Source: Myxococcota bacterium (GTDB lineage Bacteria; Myxococcota_A; UBA9160; UBA4427). Taken from it: a stretch of 64,000 bases of DNA. This document shows positions 36,686 through 45,075 of the stretch, piece by piece. Numbering within the stretch: position 1 is the first letter of the stretch; every line of letters starts with the position of its first letter. The notes below the pieces were generated by a model. The model searched no databases. It had not been told where the DNA came from and saw only the letters and a program-made list of their open reading frames with translations. The DNA lies in contig OZ252299.1 of assembly GCA_965250285.1 (NCBI GenBank), forward strand, positions 5,536,001 to 5,600,000. The letters run 5' to 3'. The translations under genes and the position numbers were made by a program.

Positions 36686-38080
36686 ATGTCGAACTCGACC
36701 CCAGAGCAGAGTCGCATCGAGACGCTCGAAGAGGCCGCGGCCTGGCTCGAGGGTCTGATCAATGTCGAGCGGGCGCCCGACATCCCGTATCGGCGCCTCG
36801 GGCTCGGTCCGATCGAAGCCCTGCTCGGGCGACTGGATCGCCCCGACCGCGCGGCGCCGATCGTTCACGTCGCGGGCTCGAAGGGCAAGGGCTCGGTGTG
36901 TCTGCTGGTCGAGGCGCTGCTCGGTGAGCTGGGCGAGCGGGTCGGCACGTTCACCTCTCCGCATCTCACGAGCTGGACCGAGCGCTTTCGTGTGGGCGGC
37001 GTCGACGTCGACGGCGCGGCCCTGGCCCGCGCGGTCGACCGTGTGCGGCCCGCCGTCGAAGCGCTGCGCGACGACGTCGAGACCGCGCCCACCTTCTTCG
37101 ATGCGACGACCGCCGCGGCGCTCGTCGTATTCGAAGACGCCGCCGTCGATCGCATCGTGCTCGAGGTCGGTCTGGGCGGACGCCTCGACTCGACGAATGC
37201 GGTGACGCCGGTGGTCTGCGCGATCACGTCGATCGAGCTCGAGCACACCGACCGACTCGGCGACACCCACGCGGCCATCGCAGGCGAGAAGGCGGGCATC
37301 TTGAAGCCGGGTGTGCCCGGCGTGGTCGGCGCGCTCTCGGACGAGGCCCTCGACGTGGTGCGGGCCCGGGGCGCAGAGGTCGGTGCGCCGTTGCTGCTTC
37401 ACGACGTCGACTGGTGGGTCGATGTGCTCGCAGGGGACGACGGCGCGGGGGTGGGGCGAAGGCGACTCGAGCTGCGTCTCGGCGACGGGGCGCGGGTGCC
37501 GTTCGAGCTCGGCGTGCCGGGCCGACACCAGGAGCACAATGCCGGCCTCGCGCTCGCGTGCGTCCGGCGCCTTCTCGCCGACGAAGGGCGGCCGCTCGAC
37601 GACGCGGCGCTGGGCCAGGCTGCGAGCCGCGCGTGGCGCGGTCTCGCGTTGCCGGGCCGCCTCGAGTGCGTCGGCACCTCACCGCTGCGCATCGTCGATG
37701 CGGCGCACACGGCCGCCTCGGCGAGCGAGCTCGCGCGCCACCTCGATGCGCTCGCGGGCGAGGGCGAGGGCAATCCGAAGGGGCTGCTCGTGCTGTCCGT
37801 GTCGGCCGACAAGGACATGGACGCCGTGCTTGCGCCGCTGCTCGGCCGGGCGCGCATGGCGTGGGCGACGCTGGCCGAGCCCATTCGGTCGTGTCCGCCC
37901 GCCGAGCTCGCCAAGCGGATGAGCGAGCTCGCGCCGGGGCTCGTCGTACACGTCGAGCCCGACGTCGAGGCCGCGTGCGCGCGCGCGCTCGAAGAGGCCT
38001 CGCCCGAGGACATCGTCTGCGCCGCCGGCTCGGTCTATCTGGCGGGCGCCGCGCGGGTGGCGTTCTCGAAGCTCGGCTGA
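36686..38080 (+). CDS. folC: Folylpolyglutamate synthase/dihydrofolate synthase
   Basis: HVAGSKGKGS, FTSPHL, EVGLGGRLDSTN, EKAGI and DAAH motifs. Confidence 0.93.
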   Translation: MSNSTPEQSRIETLEEAAAWLEGLINVERAPDIPYRRLGLGPIEALLGRLDRPDRAAPIVHVAGSKGKGSVCLLVEALLGELGERVGTFTSPHLTSWTERFRVGGVDVDGAALARAVDRVRPAVEALRDDVETAPTFFDATTAAALVVFEDAAVDRIVLEVGLGGRLDSTNAVTPVVCAITSIELEHTDRLGDTHAAIAGEKAGILKPGVPGVVGALSDEALDVVRARGAEVGAPLLLHDVDWWVDVLAGDDGAGVGRRRLELRLGDGARVPFELGVPGRHQEHNAGLALACVRRLLADEGRPLDDAALGQAASRAWRGLALPGRLECVGTSPLRIVDAAHTAASASELARHLDALAGEGEGNPKGLLVLSVSADKDMDAVLAPLLGRARMAWATLAEPIRSCPPAELAKRMSELAPGLVVHVEPDVEAACARALEEASPEDIVCAAGSVYLAGAARVAFSKLG

Positions 38081-38097
38081 AGCGCGCGGTTCGTCGT

Positions 38098-40107
38098 TTA
38101 GTCGCCGCGCATCGCACGGAGCGCCGCGAGCACCCGTTTCGGCGTGAGCAGGGCGCGCTCGCCGACGCGGCCCGGCTGGTTGCGCTCGAGCCGCCGGGCG
38201 ATGCGGCGCAGCGACGCCGCCGATCGGCGGATGCGACCGAGCACGTCGTCGACGTTCGAGCGCAGGCTGCGCTGCATCCACAACTGCTCGAGCTCGTCGC
38301 CGAGCGCGGCCTGCTCGGCGGCCAGGGTCTCGAAGCGGCGGGCGAGGCGGCGACGCGCTGCGGCCGAGAGGCTCGTCTCGCCGCGGCGCCAGGCCAGTGC
38401 TTCGAGCCCGGTCTCGGCCTTCTCGCAAGCGAGTCGGGAGGCGCGTGCCGCCCAGCTCATCTCATGGAGGGTGAGCGGATCGCAGACGCCCTGGTCGGCG
38501 AGCCGGTCGATGCGATCGATCGCGCGCTCGAGCCGCTGCCTCGCCGTGCGCAGCTTCGCCGGCTTGCAGTGATCGACGAAGAGCGGGGCGTCGAGCGGCT
38601 CGAAGAAGACGGCCTGCACTCCCGAGCCGTTGAAGAACGGGAACCCGAGGTCGTGCACCTGGCCGAGTGCGCGAATGACGCGCGCGACCTCGCCGCGTGC
38701 TTCGCCGAAGCGCAGCCGTGAGAACGCCCGATCGAACGTGCGTGGGTCGCAGGCGCCCGACCATGATTGCTGTGCGCCCCACGCGTAGCCGAAGAACGAG
38801 AGCCCCTGCAGGTTGTAGTGCCCGAAGTCGCCCCAGTCGGTGTTGAGCAGACCGATCGCGCCGTGTCGTCGACCGGCGTCGGCCCAGCGCTCGATGTTGC
38901 GCTCGGCGTTCTCGATGCGCGGGAAGAGGCAGTTCCACGAAGACGTGCCGGGGCACACCATGAAGTCGCGGTGGTGCTTCGCGAACACCTGCACGCGATC
39001 GAAGTCGAAGTCGGCCTCGTACCACCAGTCGAGGAAGACGAGGTCTTCGTCGAGCTCGGCCACGCGCGCCGGATGGGCGTGCACCACATCGGCCCAGATC
39101 ATCGTGCGCTTGCCGTGCTCGGCCGCGAGGCCCTGCACGCGGTGCACGTGGTCGACGAACACGCCTCCGGCGCCACGCTGCGCCTCGCGGGCGGCCGAGC
39201 GGCCGCGGGGGAGATCGAAGGGCTCGTCGCAATTCGCGTTGAAGAGCGGCGACCGGAAGTTCGGCAGGAACTCGTCGTAGAGCTCGCCGAGCAGCCTTGG
39301 CGTGCCCGGATGCTCGGGCGCGATGGTCCAGCCCGCTTCGGTCTCGGCCAGGGCGGCGTACTCGGGCAGCTTCAGCACGTGCTCCATGTGACCGAGCGAC
39401 TGCAGGCTCGGCACGAGCTCGACGTGCTGGGCGTGGGCATACGCATCGAGCGTGCGCAGCTCTTCGGCGAGCAGCGGGCTGTCGTCTTCACCGATGCGCG
39501 GATGCCGACGAAATCGGAACGTGTGCTCGACGTAGAGCATGAGCACGTTCAGCTTGAGGGCGGCGCACAGATCGACCAGCTCGCAGAGCGTGTCGAGGGT
39601 CGGCACCTTGCCGCGCGACACGTCGAGCATGACGCCGCGGCGCTCGAAGTCGGGGGCGTCGTCGATGCGTCCGTGTGGCAGGCGTCCACGCGCGTCGACG
39701 AGCTGAATGAGCGTCTCACACGCCCAGCGCAGGCCGGCGCTGCCCGCGGCCTCGACGCGCACGCCGCGCGGCCCGATGTCGATGCGATGGGCATCGCCCG
39801 AGATGCCTTGGGCCGCGCCGCGCGTGAGCTCGATGCACGGGCCGAGCCCCCCGGTGTGGGCGTGGCTCTCGATCACCAGCGCGCGCCCGCTACGTTCGGC
39901 GAGCTGATCGCAGAGGCGGCGTGCCGTGACGAGGTCGCGGTCGCTGCTGCCCGGCGCGAGCACGATCGGCAGGTCGTCGGCGAGCGCGAAGTGTCCCGCG
40001 CGCAGGCGGTGCTTGCGGGGCGCCGGCACCACGGGCGGCGGCGACGCGGCGCGCTTCGCGTTCGATGTGCCTCGGGTCGGGGATGCGCTTCGCGAGCGGG
40101 CCGGCAT
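38098..40107 (-). CDS. GH20 beta-N-acetylhexosaminidase-like protein
   Basis: RGVMLDVSRGKVP, QSLGH, NCDE catalytic pair, IWAD, WWY and TDWGD motifs. Start at 40107 or 40182. Confidence 0.88.
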   Translation of the reverse strand: MPARSRSASPTRGTSNAKRAASPPPVVPAPRKHRLRAGHFALADDLPIVLAPGSSDRDLVTARRLCDQLAERSGRALVIESHAHTGGLGPCIELTRGAAQGISGDAHRIDIGPRGVRVEAAGSAGLRWACETLIQLVDARGRLPHGRIDDAPDFERRGVMLDVSRGKVPTLDTLCELVDLCAALKLNVLMLYVEHTFRFRRHPRIGEDDSPLLAEELRTLDAYAHAQHVELVPSLQSLGHMEHVLKLPEYAALAETEAGWTIAPEHPGTPRLLGELYDEFLPNFRSPLFNANCDEPFDLPRGRSAAREAQRGAGGVFVDHVHRVQGLAAEHGKRTMIWADVVHAHPARVAELDEDLVFLDWWYEADFDFDRVQVFAKHHRDFMVCPGTSSWNCLFPRIENAERNIERWADAGRRHGAIGLLNTDWGDFGHYNLQGLSFFGYAWGAQQSWSGACDPRTFDRAFSRLRFGEARGEVARVIRALGQVHDLGFPFFNGSGVQAVFFEPLDAPLFVDHCKPAKLRTARQRLERAIDRIDRLADQGVCDPLTLHEMSWAARASRLACEKAETGLEALAWRRGETSLSAAARRRLARRFETLAAEQAALGDELEQLWMQRSLRSNVDDVLGRIRRSAASLRRIARRLERNQPGRVGERALLTPKRVLAALRAMRGD

Positions 40108-40182
40108 GGCGGCCGAGCATACATCGCGGCTCGTCTCGGTTCGCTCGAAGCGCCTTCGGCCGCCGCTTCGGCGGCTGGACAT

Positions 40183-40317
40183 GAAAGCGCCCGGACCGGC
40201 TCCTCGCACAGAGTGCGAAGGGAGGGGTAGCCAGCCCGGGCGCCACATCCCTGGGTGCACGAGGTCCGCTCCTCGCCAACGACGTGCACAAGGTGCGTGC
40301 TGCACCTGACGCTCGCC
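40183..40317 (-). ncRNA. Candidate sigma54-dependent small RNA with three stem-loops
   Basis: Lies directly downstream of a perfect sigma54 site. Stems at 40291-40307, 40255-40289 and 40187-40243; the last is a 15-bp stem with a CCCCUCCC loop followed by UUUC. Confidence 0.55.
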
Positions 40318-40327
40318 TTTCCCCTAG

Positions 40328-40343
40328 AGCAAGGCGCGTGCCA
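40328..40343 (-). promoter_or_regulatory. Sigma54 (-24/-12) promoter
   Basis: Minus strand TGGCACGCGCCTTGCT is an exact match to TGGCACG-N4-TTGCW. Confidence 0.85.
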
Positions 40344-40447
40344 TCCCCCACGCTTTCGACGCAATCGGTGAGACCGGGCTCACGAGCCCGAGGCGAGGTG
40401 CGCTGCATGCGTGTTGCCGGTCGAAGCCGGCGTCCCCCCGTTTGGGT

Positions 40448-40462
40448 GACGCAAATTGTGTC
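40448..40462. promoter_or_regulatory. Putative enhancer-binding-protein site (UAS)
   Basis: Near-palindrome GACGCAA-A-TTGTGTC about 105-120 bp upstream of the -24 box. Confidence 0.5.
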
Positions 40463-40546
40463 TGCACGTACGGCAGCCGGGACCGACCTGCGCGTCGGTG
40501 GAAGGGCGCTGCACATCGGGCATCGCATCGCGGCCCGCGACCCGGC

Positions 40547-40705
40547 GCGGCGGCGTTCGTCCCATCGAGTCGCGGTGGGCGAGGGCGCAGGTCCCTCAGC
40601 CTCTGCAATCCTGCGCGCATCGCTGCGGCGAGGTTCGCTCCATCGAATCGCGGTGGGCGAGGGCGCAGGCCCTTCGGCCCCTGTGACTTCGCGCGCATCG
40701 CTGCG
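40547..40705. repeat. 78-bp diverged direct repeat (2 copies), intergenic
   Basis: CATCGA(G/A)TCGCGGTGGGCGAGGGCGCAGG...GCGCGCATCGCTGCG at 40563 and 40641. Confidence 0.9.
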
Positions 40706-40756
40706 CTGCGTGAACCCGTCGCGGCGGCGCGAACCCGGCCGGGTACGCTTCGCGGC

Positions 40757-43486
40757 ATGTCTGCCTCGAGCATCGTCGCGCAGCTCGGTCGCCACGTTCT
40801 CAGGGCCACTCGCGTCAGCGTGTGCGCGCAGAACGAGGCCGGTGCGTCGACGCGCAGCGAAGCGGCGGTCGATGCCGACGATGCGTCGACGCCGGTCGCG
40901 CTCGACGCCGCCGTGCTGCGCCTCGAGGTCGAGCGCTTCGAGGTGGCGCGCGCAGCGCGCCTCCGGCCTTCGGTGCGCAATGCCGGACGCGGGCCGATCG
41001 ACGTCGATCGCATCGCCGTCGTCTTCGGTCTGCCGATCGCGCCCGATGCCGACGTCGCGTTTCTGCGAAACGGCTGGCAGTCGTGGTCGAAGAACACGGT
41101 CGAGCCGCTCGGCGAAGGGGGGGATGCGCCGTTTCCATCGGGGGCGTGGCTGCGCGGCATGCACCACGCGGTGGGCGAGCGGGCGGTGGGGCGCGCCGAC
41201 TGGCACGAGTCGCACTCGGTCACGGCGATCGACGCTGGCGAGATCGCCGTGCTCGCGGGCGTGGTCGAGACCGGGCGGCAGTTCGGGCTGGTGAACGCGC
41301 GGCGCGTACGCGCCGGCGACGCCGCGGGGCTCGAGGTCGAGCTCGAGTGGGTCGTCGAGCGGCGTCTCGAGCCGGGCGAAATGATCGAGCTCGAGGCGGG
41401 GCGCGTGGCGCTCGGCCCCGAAGCGCACCGGCTGCTCGAAGACTTCGCGACGGCGTGGGGGCAGGCGGCCGGCGCGCGCACCGCAGCGCCCTTCCAGGCC
41501 GGTTGGTGCAGCTGGTACCACTTCTTTCACGACATCACCGAGGAGGCGCTGCTGCGCAACCTCGATGCGCTCGCGCGACGCCGCGACGAGCTGCCGGTGG
41601 CCCTCGTGCAGCTCGATGACGGCTATCAGCGCGCGATCGGCGACTGGCTCGAGACGAACGAGAAGTTTCCGAGTGGGCTGCCCTTCGTGGCGCAGCGCAT
41701 CCGCGACGCCGGGTTCGAGGCGGGGCTCTGGACGGCGCCGTTCTCGGCGGTACGTCACAGCCGCCTGCTCGAAGCCCACCCCGACTGGGCGCTGCGCGGC
41801 GACGACGGTGAGTGGCTGCGCGGCACGCTGATCCCGCAGTGGTCGCCCGAGGGCTGGTGCTACGCGCTCGACCCGAGCCATCCGGCGTTCGCGGAGCACG
41901 TCGAGGCCGTGCATCGCGAGATCGTCGAGATGGGCTTCACGTATCAGAAGCTCGACTTCCTCTACATGGCGGCGATGCGGGGCCATGCGCACGACGCAGG
42001 GCTCGGCCGGGCCGAACGCCTCGCCGCCGGGCTCGACGCCGTGCGGCGGGGCGCGGGGGAAGATGCGTTCTTGCTCGGGTGCGGGTGCCCGATGGGGCCC
42101 GCGGTCGGCCGGGTCGATGGCATGCGCATCGGGCCCGACGTCGCGCCGACGTGGGGTGTCGAAGCCGAGAACGTGATCCCCGGCATCGAGCCGGCGCTGC
42201 CGGCGACCGGGGCGGCGATTCGCAGCGTGGCGACGCGTCTGTTCATGCATCGGCGCCTCTGGTTGAACGATCCCGACTGTCTCATGGTGCGCCAGCGCGA
42301 GACGCAGTTGACGCCGGATGAGATCGGCTGCCTGGCCGATGCGATCGGGGCGAGCGGCGGGATGGTCGTCTTCAGCGACGACGTCGACCTCGTGGGCGTC
42401 GACGATGCCGCGCGCCTGCGCCAGGTGATGGAAGACGCCGAGCGGGTCGACGCCGCTGCACCGTGGGGTGCCGCGCGGCTCGCGAGTGCGCCGAACGACG
42501 GCGCGGGGGGCGCAGGGGACGCCGCGAGTGCGCCGAACGACGGCGCGGGGGGCGCGGGGGACGCCGCGAGTGCGCCGAACGACGGCGCGGGGGGCGCAGG
42601 GGACGCCGCGAGTGCGCCGAACGACGGCGCGGGGGGCGCGGGGGACGCCGCGAGTGCGCCGAACGACGGCGCGGGGGGCGCGGGGGGCGCGCCGTGTGCC
42701 GCGATCGAAGCCGACGTCGGTCGCGGGCTGTGGCGCGCGAGCCTGAATCTCGCCGACGCGCGTGCGACCGACGGACGCGCTTCGCTGGCCCCTCATGCGA
42801 GCCGCTTCGAGCGGGGTGAAACCGACCGGCCCGTCGCCGTCTTCTGCGACTTCGACGGCACGTTCATCGACCGCGACATCGGCGCCGGGCTCGCACGACG
42901 ACACCTCGCGGCCGCCCGCGACGCGCTCTGGAGCCGCTTCGAGGCCGGCGCGCTCGATGCGTGGACGTACGCCGTCGAGCTCTTCACGGGGTTCGAGCTC
43001 GCCGAGGCCGAGCGCCTGGCCTTTCTCGATGCCGTCGAGATCGACCCCGGCGCCGAGCGTCTCGTCACCCTCTGTCGCGATCAGGGCTGGCGCTTCGAGG
43101 TGCTGTCCGACGGCTTCGACGCCAACATCGAGCCGCTGCGCGCCCGCTTCGGCTTCGACTTCGCGTACCGCGCCAACCATCTCGAGATCGGTGACGACGG
43201 CTGGCGGCTCGCGCCGGGGGGGCGGCCGGTGGGCTGCGCCTGCGGCACGGGCACCTGCAAGCGTCGGGCGATCGAGGCGCTGCGCGCCGAGCAGCCCGAC
43301 GCGCTCGTCGTGCACGTCGGCAACGGTCGCGTGAGCGATCTGTGCGGCGCGCTCGAAGCCGACCGCGCCTTCGCGAAGGACACCCTCGGCCCCGCGCTCG
43401 ACGCGGCCGGTCGGGCCCATCTGCGATTCGAGCACCTCGGCGACGTGGCGAATGCGCTCGAAACTTGGTGGGTCGACGGGCGCTGA
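40757..43486 (+). CDS. GH36 alpha-galactosidase fused to an MtnX-like HAD phosphatase
   Basis: GH36 motifs: GWCSWY, QLDDGY, QKLDF, MRIGPD, WLNDPD. HAD motifs: FCDFDGT, LSDG, CACGTGTCK, VGNGRVSD. Confidence 0.85.
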   Translation: MSASSIVAQLGRHVLRATRVSVCAQNEAGASTRSEAAVDADDASTPVALDAAVLRLEVERFEVARAARLRPSVRNAGRGPIDVDRIAVVFGLPIAPDADVAFLRNGWQSWSKNTVEPLGEGGDAPFPSGAWLRGMHHAVGERAVGRADWHESHSVTAIDAGEIAVLAGVVETGRQFGLVNARRVRAGDAAGLEVELEWVVERRLEPGEMIELEAGRVALGPEAHRLLEDFATAWGQAAGARTAAPFQAGWCSWYHFFHDITEEALLRNLDALARRRDELPVALVQLDDGYQRAIGDWLETNEKFPSGLPFVAQRIRDAGFEAGLWTAPFSAVRHSRLLEAHPDWALRGDDGEWLRGTLIPQWSPEGWCYALDPSHPAFAEHVEAVHREIVEMGFTYQKLDFLYMAAMRGHAHDAGLGRAERLAAGLDAVRRGAGEDAFLLGCGCPMGPAVGRVDGMRIGPDVAPTWGVEAENVIPGIEPALPATGAAIRSVATRLFMHRRLWLNDPDCLMVRQRETQLTPDEIGCLADAIGASGGMVVFSDDVDLVGVDDAARLRQVMEDAERVDAAAPWGAARLASAPNDGAGGAGDAASAPNDGAGGAGDAASAPNDGAGGAGDAASAPNDGAGGAGDAASAPNDGAGGAGGAPCAAIEADVGRGLWRASLNLADARATDGRASLAPHASRFERGETDRPVAVFCDFDGTFIDRDIGAGLARRHLAAARDALWSRFEAGALDAWTYAVELFTGFELAEAERLAFLDAVEIDPGAERLVTLCRDQGWRFEVLSDGFDANIEPLRARFGFDFAYRANHLEIGDDGWRLAPGGRPVGCACGTGTCKRRAIEALRAEQPDALVVHVGNGRVSDLCGALEADRAFAKDTLGPALDAAGRAHLRFEHLGDVANALETWWVDGR
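42481..42690 (+). repeat. 5 x 42-bp in-frame tandem repeat (ASAPNDGAGGAGDA)
   Basis: Near-perfect units. The GCA/GCG alternation implies an 84-bp higher-order duplication. Confidence 0.97.
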
Positions 43487-43645
43487 CGCACCTGCCCGGG
43501 ACCAGGCGAAAGATCAATCGTTTCGAGTGGTTGCGAGGGGCTGAGCGCGGGCCTCCGCGCACGGCGCCGGGCGGACATCCGGGCTAACGTCGGCCCGCTG
43601 TCACCCCCCGCAGACCCCCGTCCGCACCGCTCGAGAGACCTCACC

Positions 43646-45040
43646 ATGGCCCCCGCAACCGAAGCTCCCTCGCGGCCGCAGTCCGCCCGCCGACGCGTCG
43701 TCGTGGTCGGCGCCGGCCTCTCGGGTCTCGCCGCGGCCTGGCGCCTGCAGCAGACCGGTCTCTCGGTGCAGGTGCTCGAGCGTCGGCCGCGCGCGGGCGG
43801 ACGCATCGACAGCGCCTGGTCGAGCGGCTTCTGCCTCGATGCCACCCTCGAGCCGTGCACGACCTTCGATCGCCACCTGATGGCGATGATTCGTGAGCTC
43901 GGCCTCGCCGATCGGCTGCTGCCCCTGCGACCGACGCAGCTCGCCCAGGTGTACCGCGCCGGCGTGCTGCCGATCGATCCCCAACGACTCGGCGGCGTGG
44001 CGTCGATCGCCGGCGTGTCGCGCCTCGACGCGCTTCGCCTGGTGCGCTGGCGCCGGCTCTTCGCCCGCTATCGCCAGCTGCTCGAGCCGACCGCGCCTGA
44101 AAGGGCAGCCGATCTCGATTATCGAAGCGCCAGCGACTTCGCGCGCCTCTACTTCGGCGACAGCTGCTTCGAGCGCTGGATCTCACCCGAGGCGACGAGC
44201 CTCTACGGCGGGGATGCGCACGAGCTGAGCCGCGTGGCGTCGCTGCTCTGGTGGGTGCGCGTCGGGGCCGGCCGCGACCGCAGCGCCGTTCACGGCGTCG
44301 CGCGCGAGGGCCTGCAGGCGCTCGTCGACGAGGCGGTGTCGCGGCTCGACGTGCGGACGGGCGTCGAGGTCGTGCGCGTCGGCGAGTCGAAGAAAGGCGG
44401 GCTCGCCCTCGAATGCGCGACGGCCGACGGCCGCCGCGGCAGCCTCGAAGCCGACGCGATCGTCCTCGCGACGAACCCGCACGAGGCCGGTCGCATCGCG
44501 AGCACAGTCGTCCAGCCCGCCGAGCGTGACGTCCTCGCCGAGATGAAGGCGGGCCCCGCTGTGACCCTGGCCGCCGCGATCTCGAGGCCGCTCTCGGGCA
44601 TGCCCCAGCTGATTCGCGTGCCGCACGTCGAGCGACACGCCATCGACGTCGCGCTGATCGAGCCCGGCATGGCCGGTGGTCGGGCCCCCGTCGGGTCGTG
44701 CACCGTGACCCTGCGCGCGAGCGACGCGTTCGCCGAGGCGAACGTCGGCGCCGGGGACGACGTGCTCGAGAAGGGCCTGCTCGACGCGCTGAACCGCATC
44801 GCGCCCGACGCGGCGGGTCACGTGCAGCAGACCCGACTCACCCGCCGCATGCAGGGCCTGCCGCGCTTCGAGGTCGGTGCGTACCGCGCGCTCGCGCGCT
44901 TTGCGCGCGTGCAGGCCGATCGCCGCGCCCTCGGTCGCCGGCTCTACTTCGCCGGCGACCACTTCATCGGCCCCGACGCCGAGTCGGCCGTGATCAGCGG
45001 CGAGCGCGCCGCACGCGACCTGCTCGGCGATCTCGGCTAG
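43646..45040 (+). CDS. FAD-dependent oxidoreductase, protoporphyrinogen oxidase (HemY)-like
   Basis: VVVGAGLSGLAAA, ERRPRAGGRI and YFAGD...ESAVISG motifs. Confidence 0.8.
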   Translation: MAPATEAPSRPQSARRRVVVVGAGLSGLAAAWRLQQTGLSVQVLERRPRAGGRIDSAWSSGFCLDATLEPCTTFDRHLMAMIRELGLADRLLPLRPTQLAQVYRAGVLPIDPQRLGGVASIAGVSRLDALRLVRWRRLFARYRQLLEPTAPERAADLDYRSASDFARLYFGDSCFERWISPEATSLYGGDAHELSRVASLLWWVRVGAGRDRSAVHGVAREGLQALVDEAVSRLDVRTGVEVVRVGESKKGGLALECATADGRRGSLEADAIVLATNPHEAGRIASTVVQPAERDVLAEMKAGPAVTLAAAISRPLSGMPQLIRVPHVERHAIDVALIEPGMAGGRAPVGSCTVTLRASDAFAEANVGAGDDVLEKGLLDALNRIAPDAAGHVQQTRLTRRMQGLPRFEVGAYRALARFARVQADRRALGRRLYFAGDHFIGPDAESAVISGERAARDLLGDLG

Positions 45041-45075
45041 GGCGCGACGCCCGACGCGACGCCCGGGGCAGCGGC

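Noticed and set aside
42481..42690. Possible CRISPR array (also considered for 5124-5239, 9477-9591 and 40547-40705)
   Set aside because: The units are contiguous with no unique spacers, and no cas genes are in the window.
39890..43435. 1181-aa minus-strand ORF and other long antisense ORFs (e.g. 51517-54255, 22352-24421, 17963-20140)
   Set aside because: These are stop-poor shadows of real genes in high-GC DNA, with no recognisable motifs.
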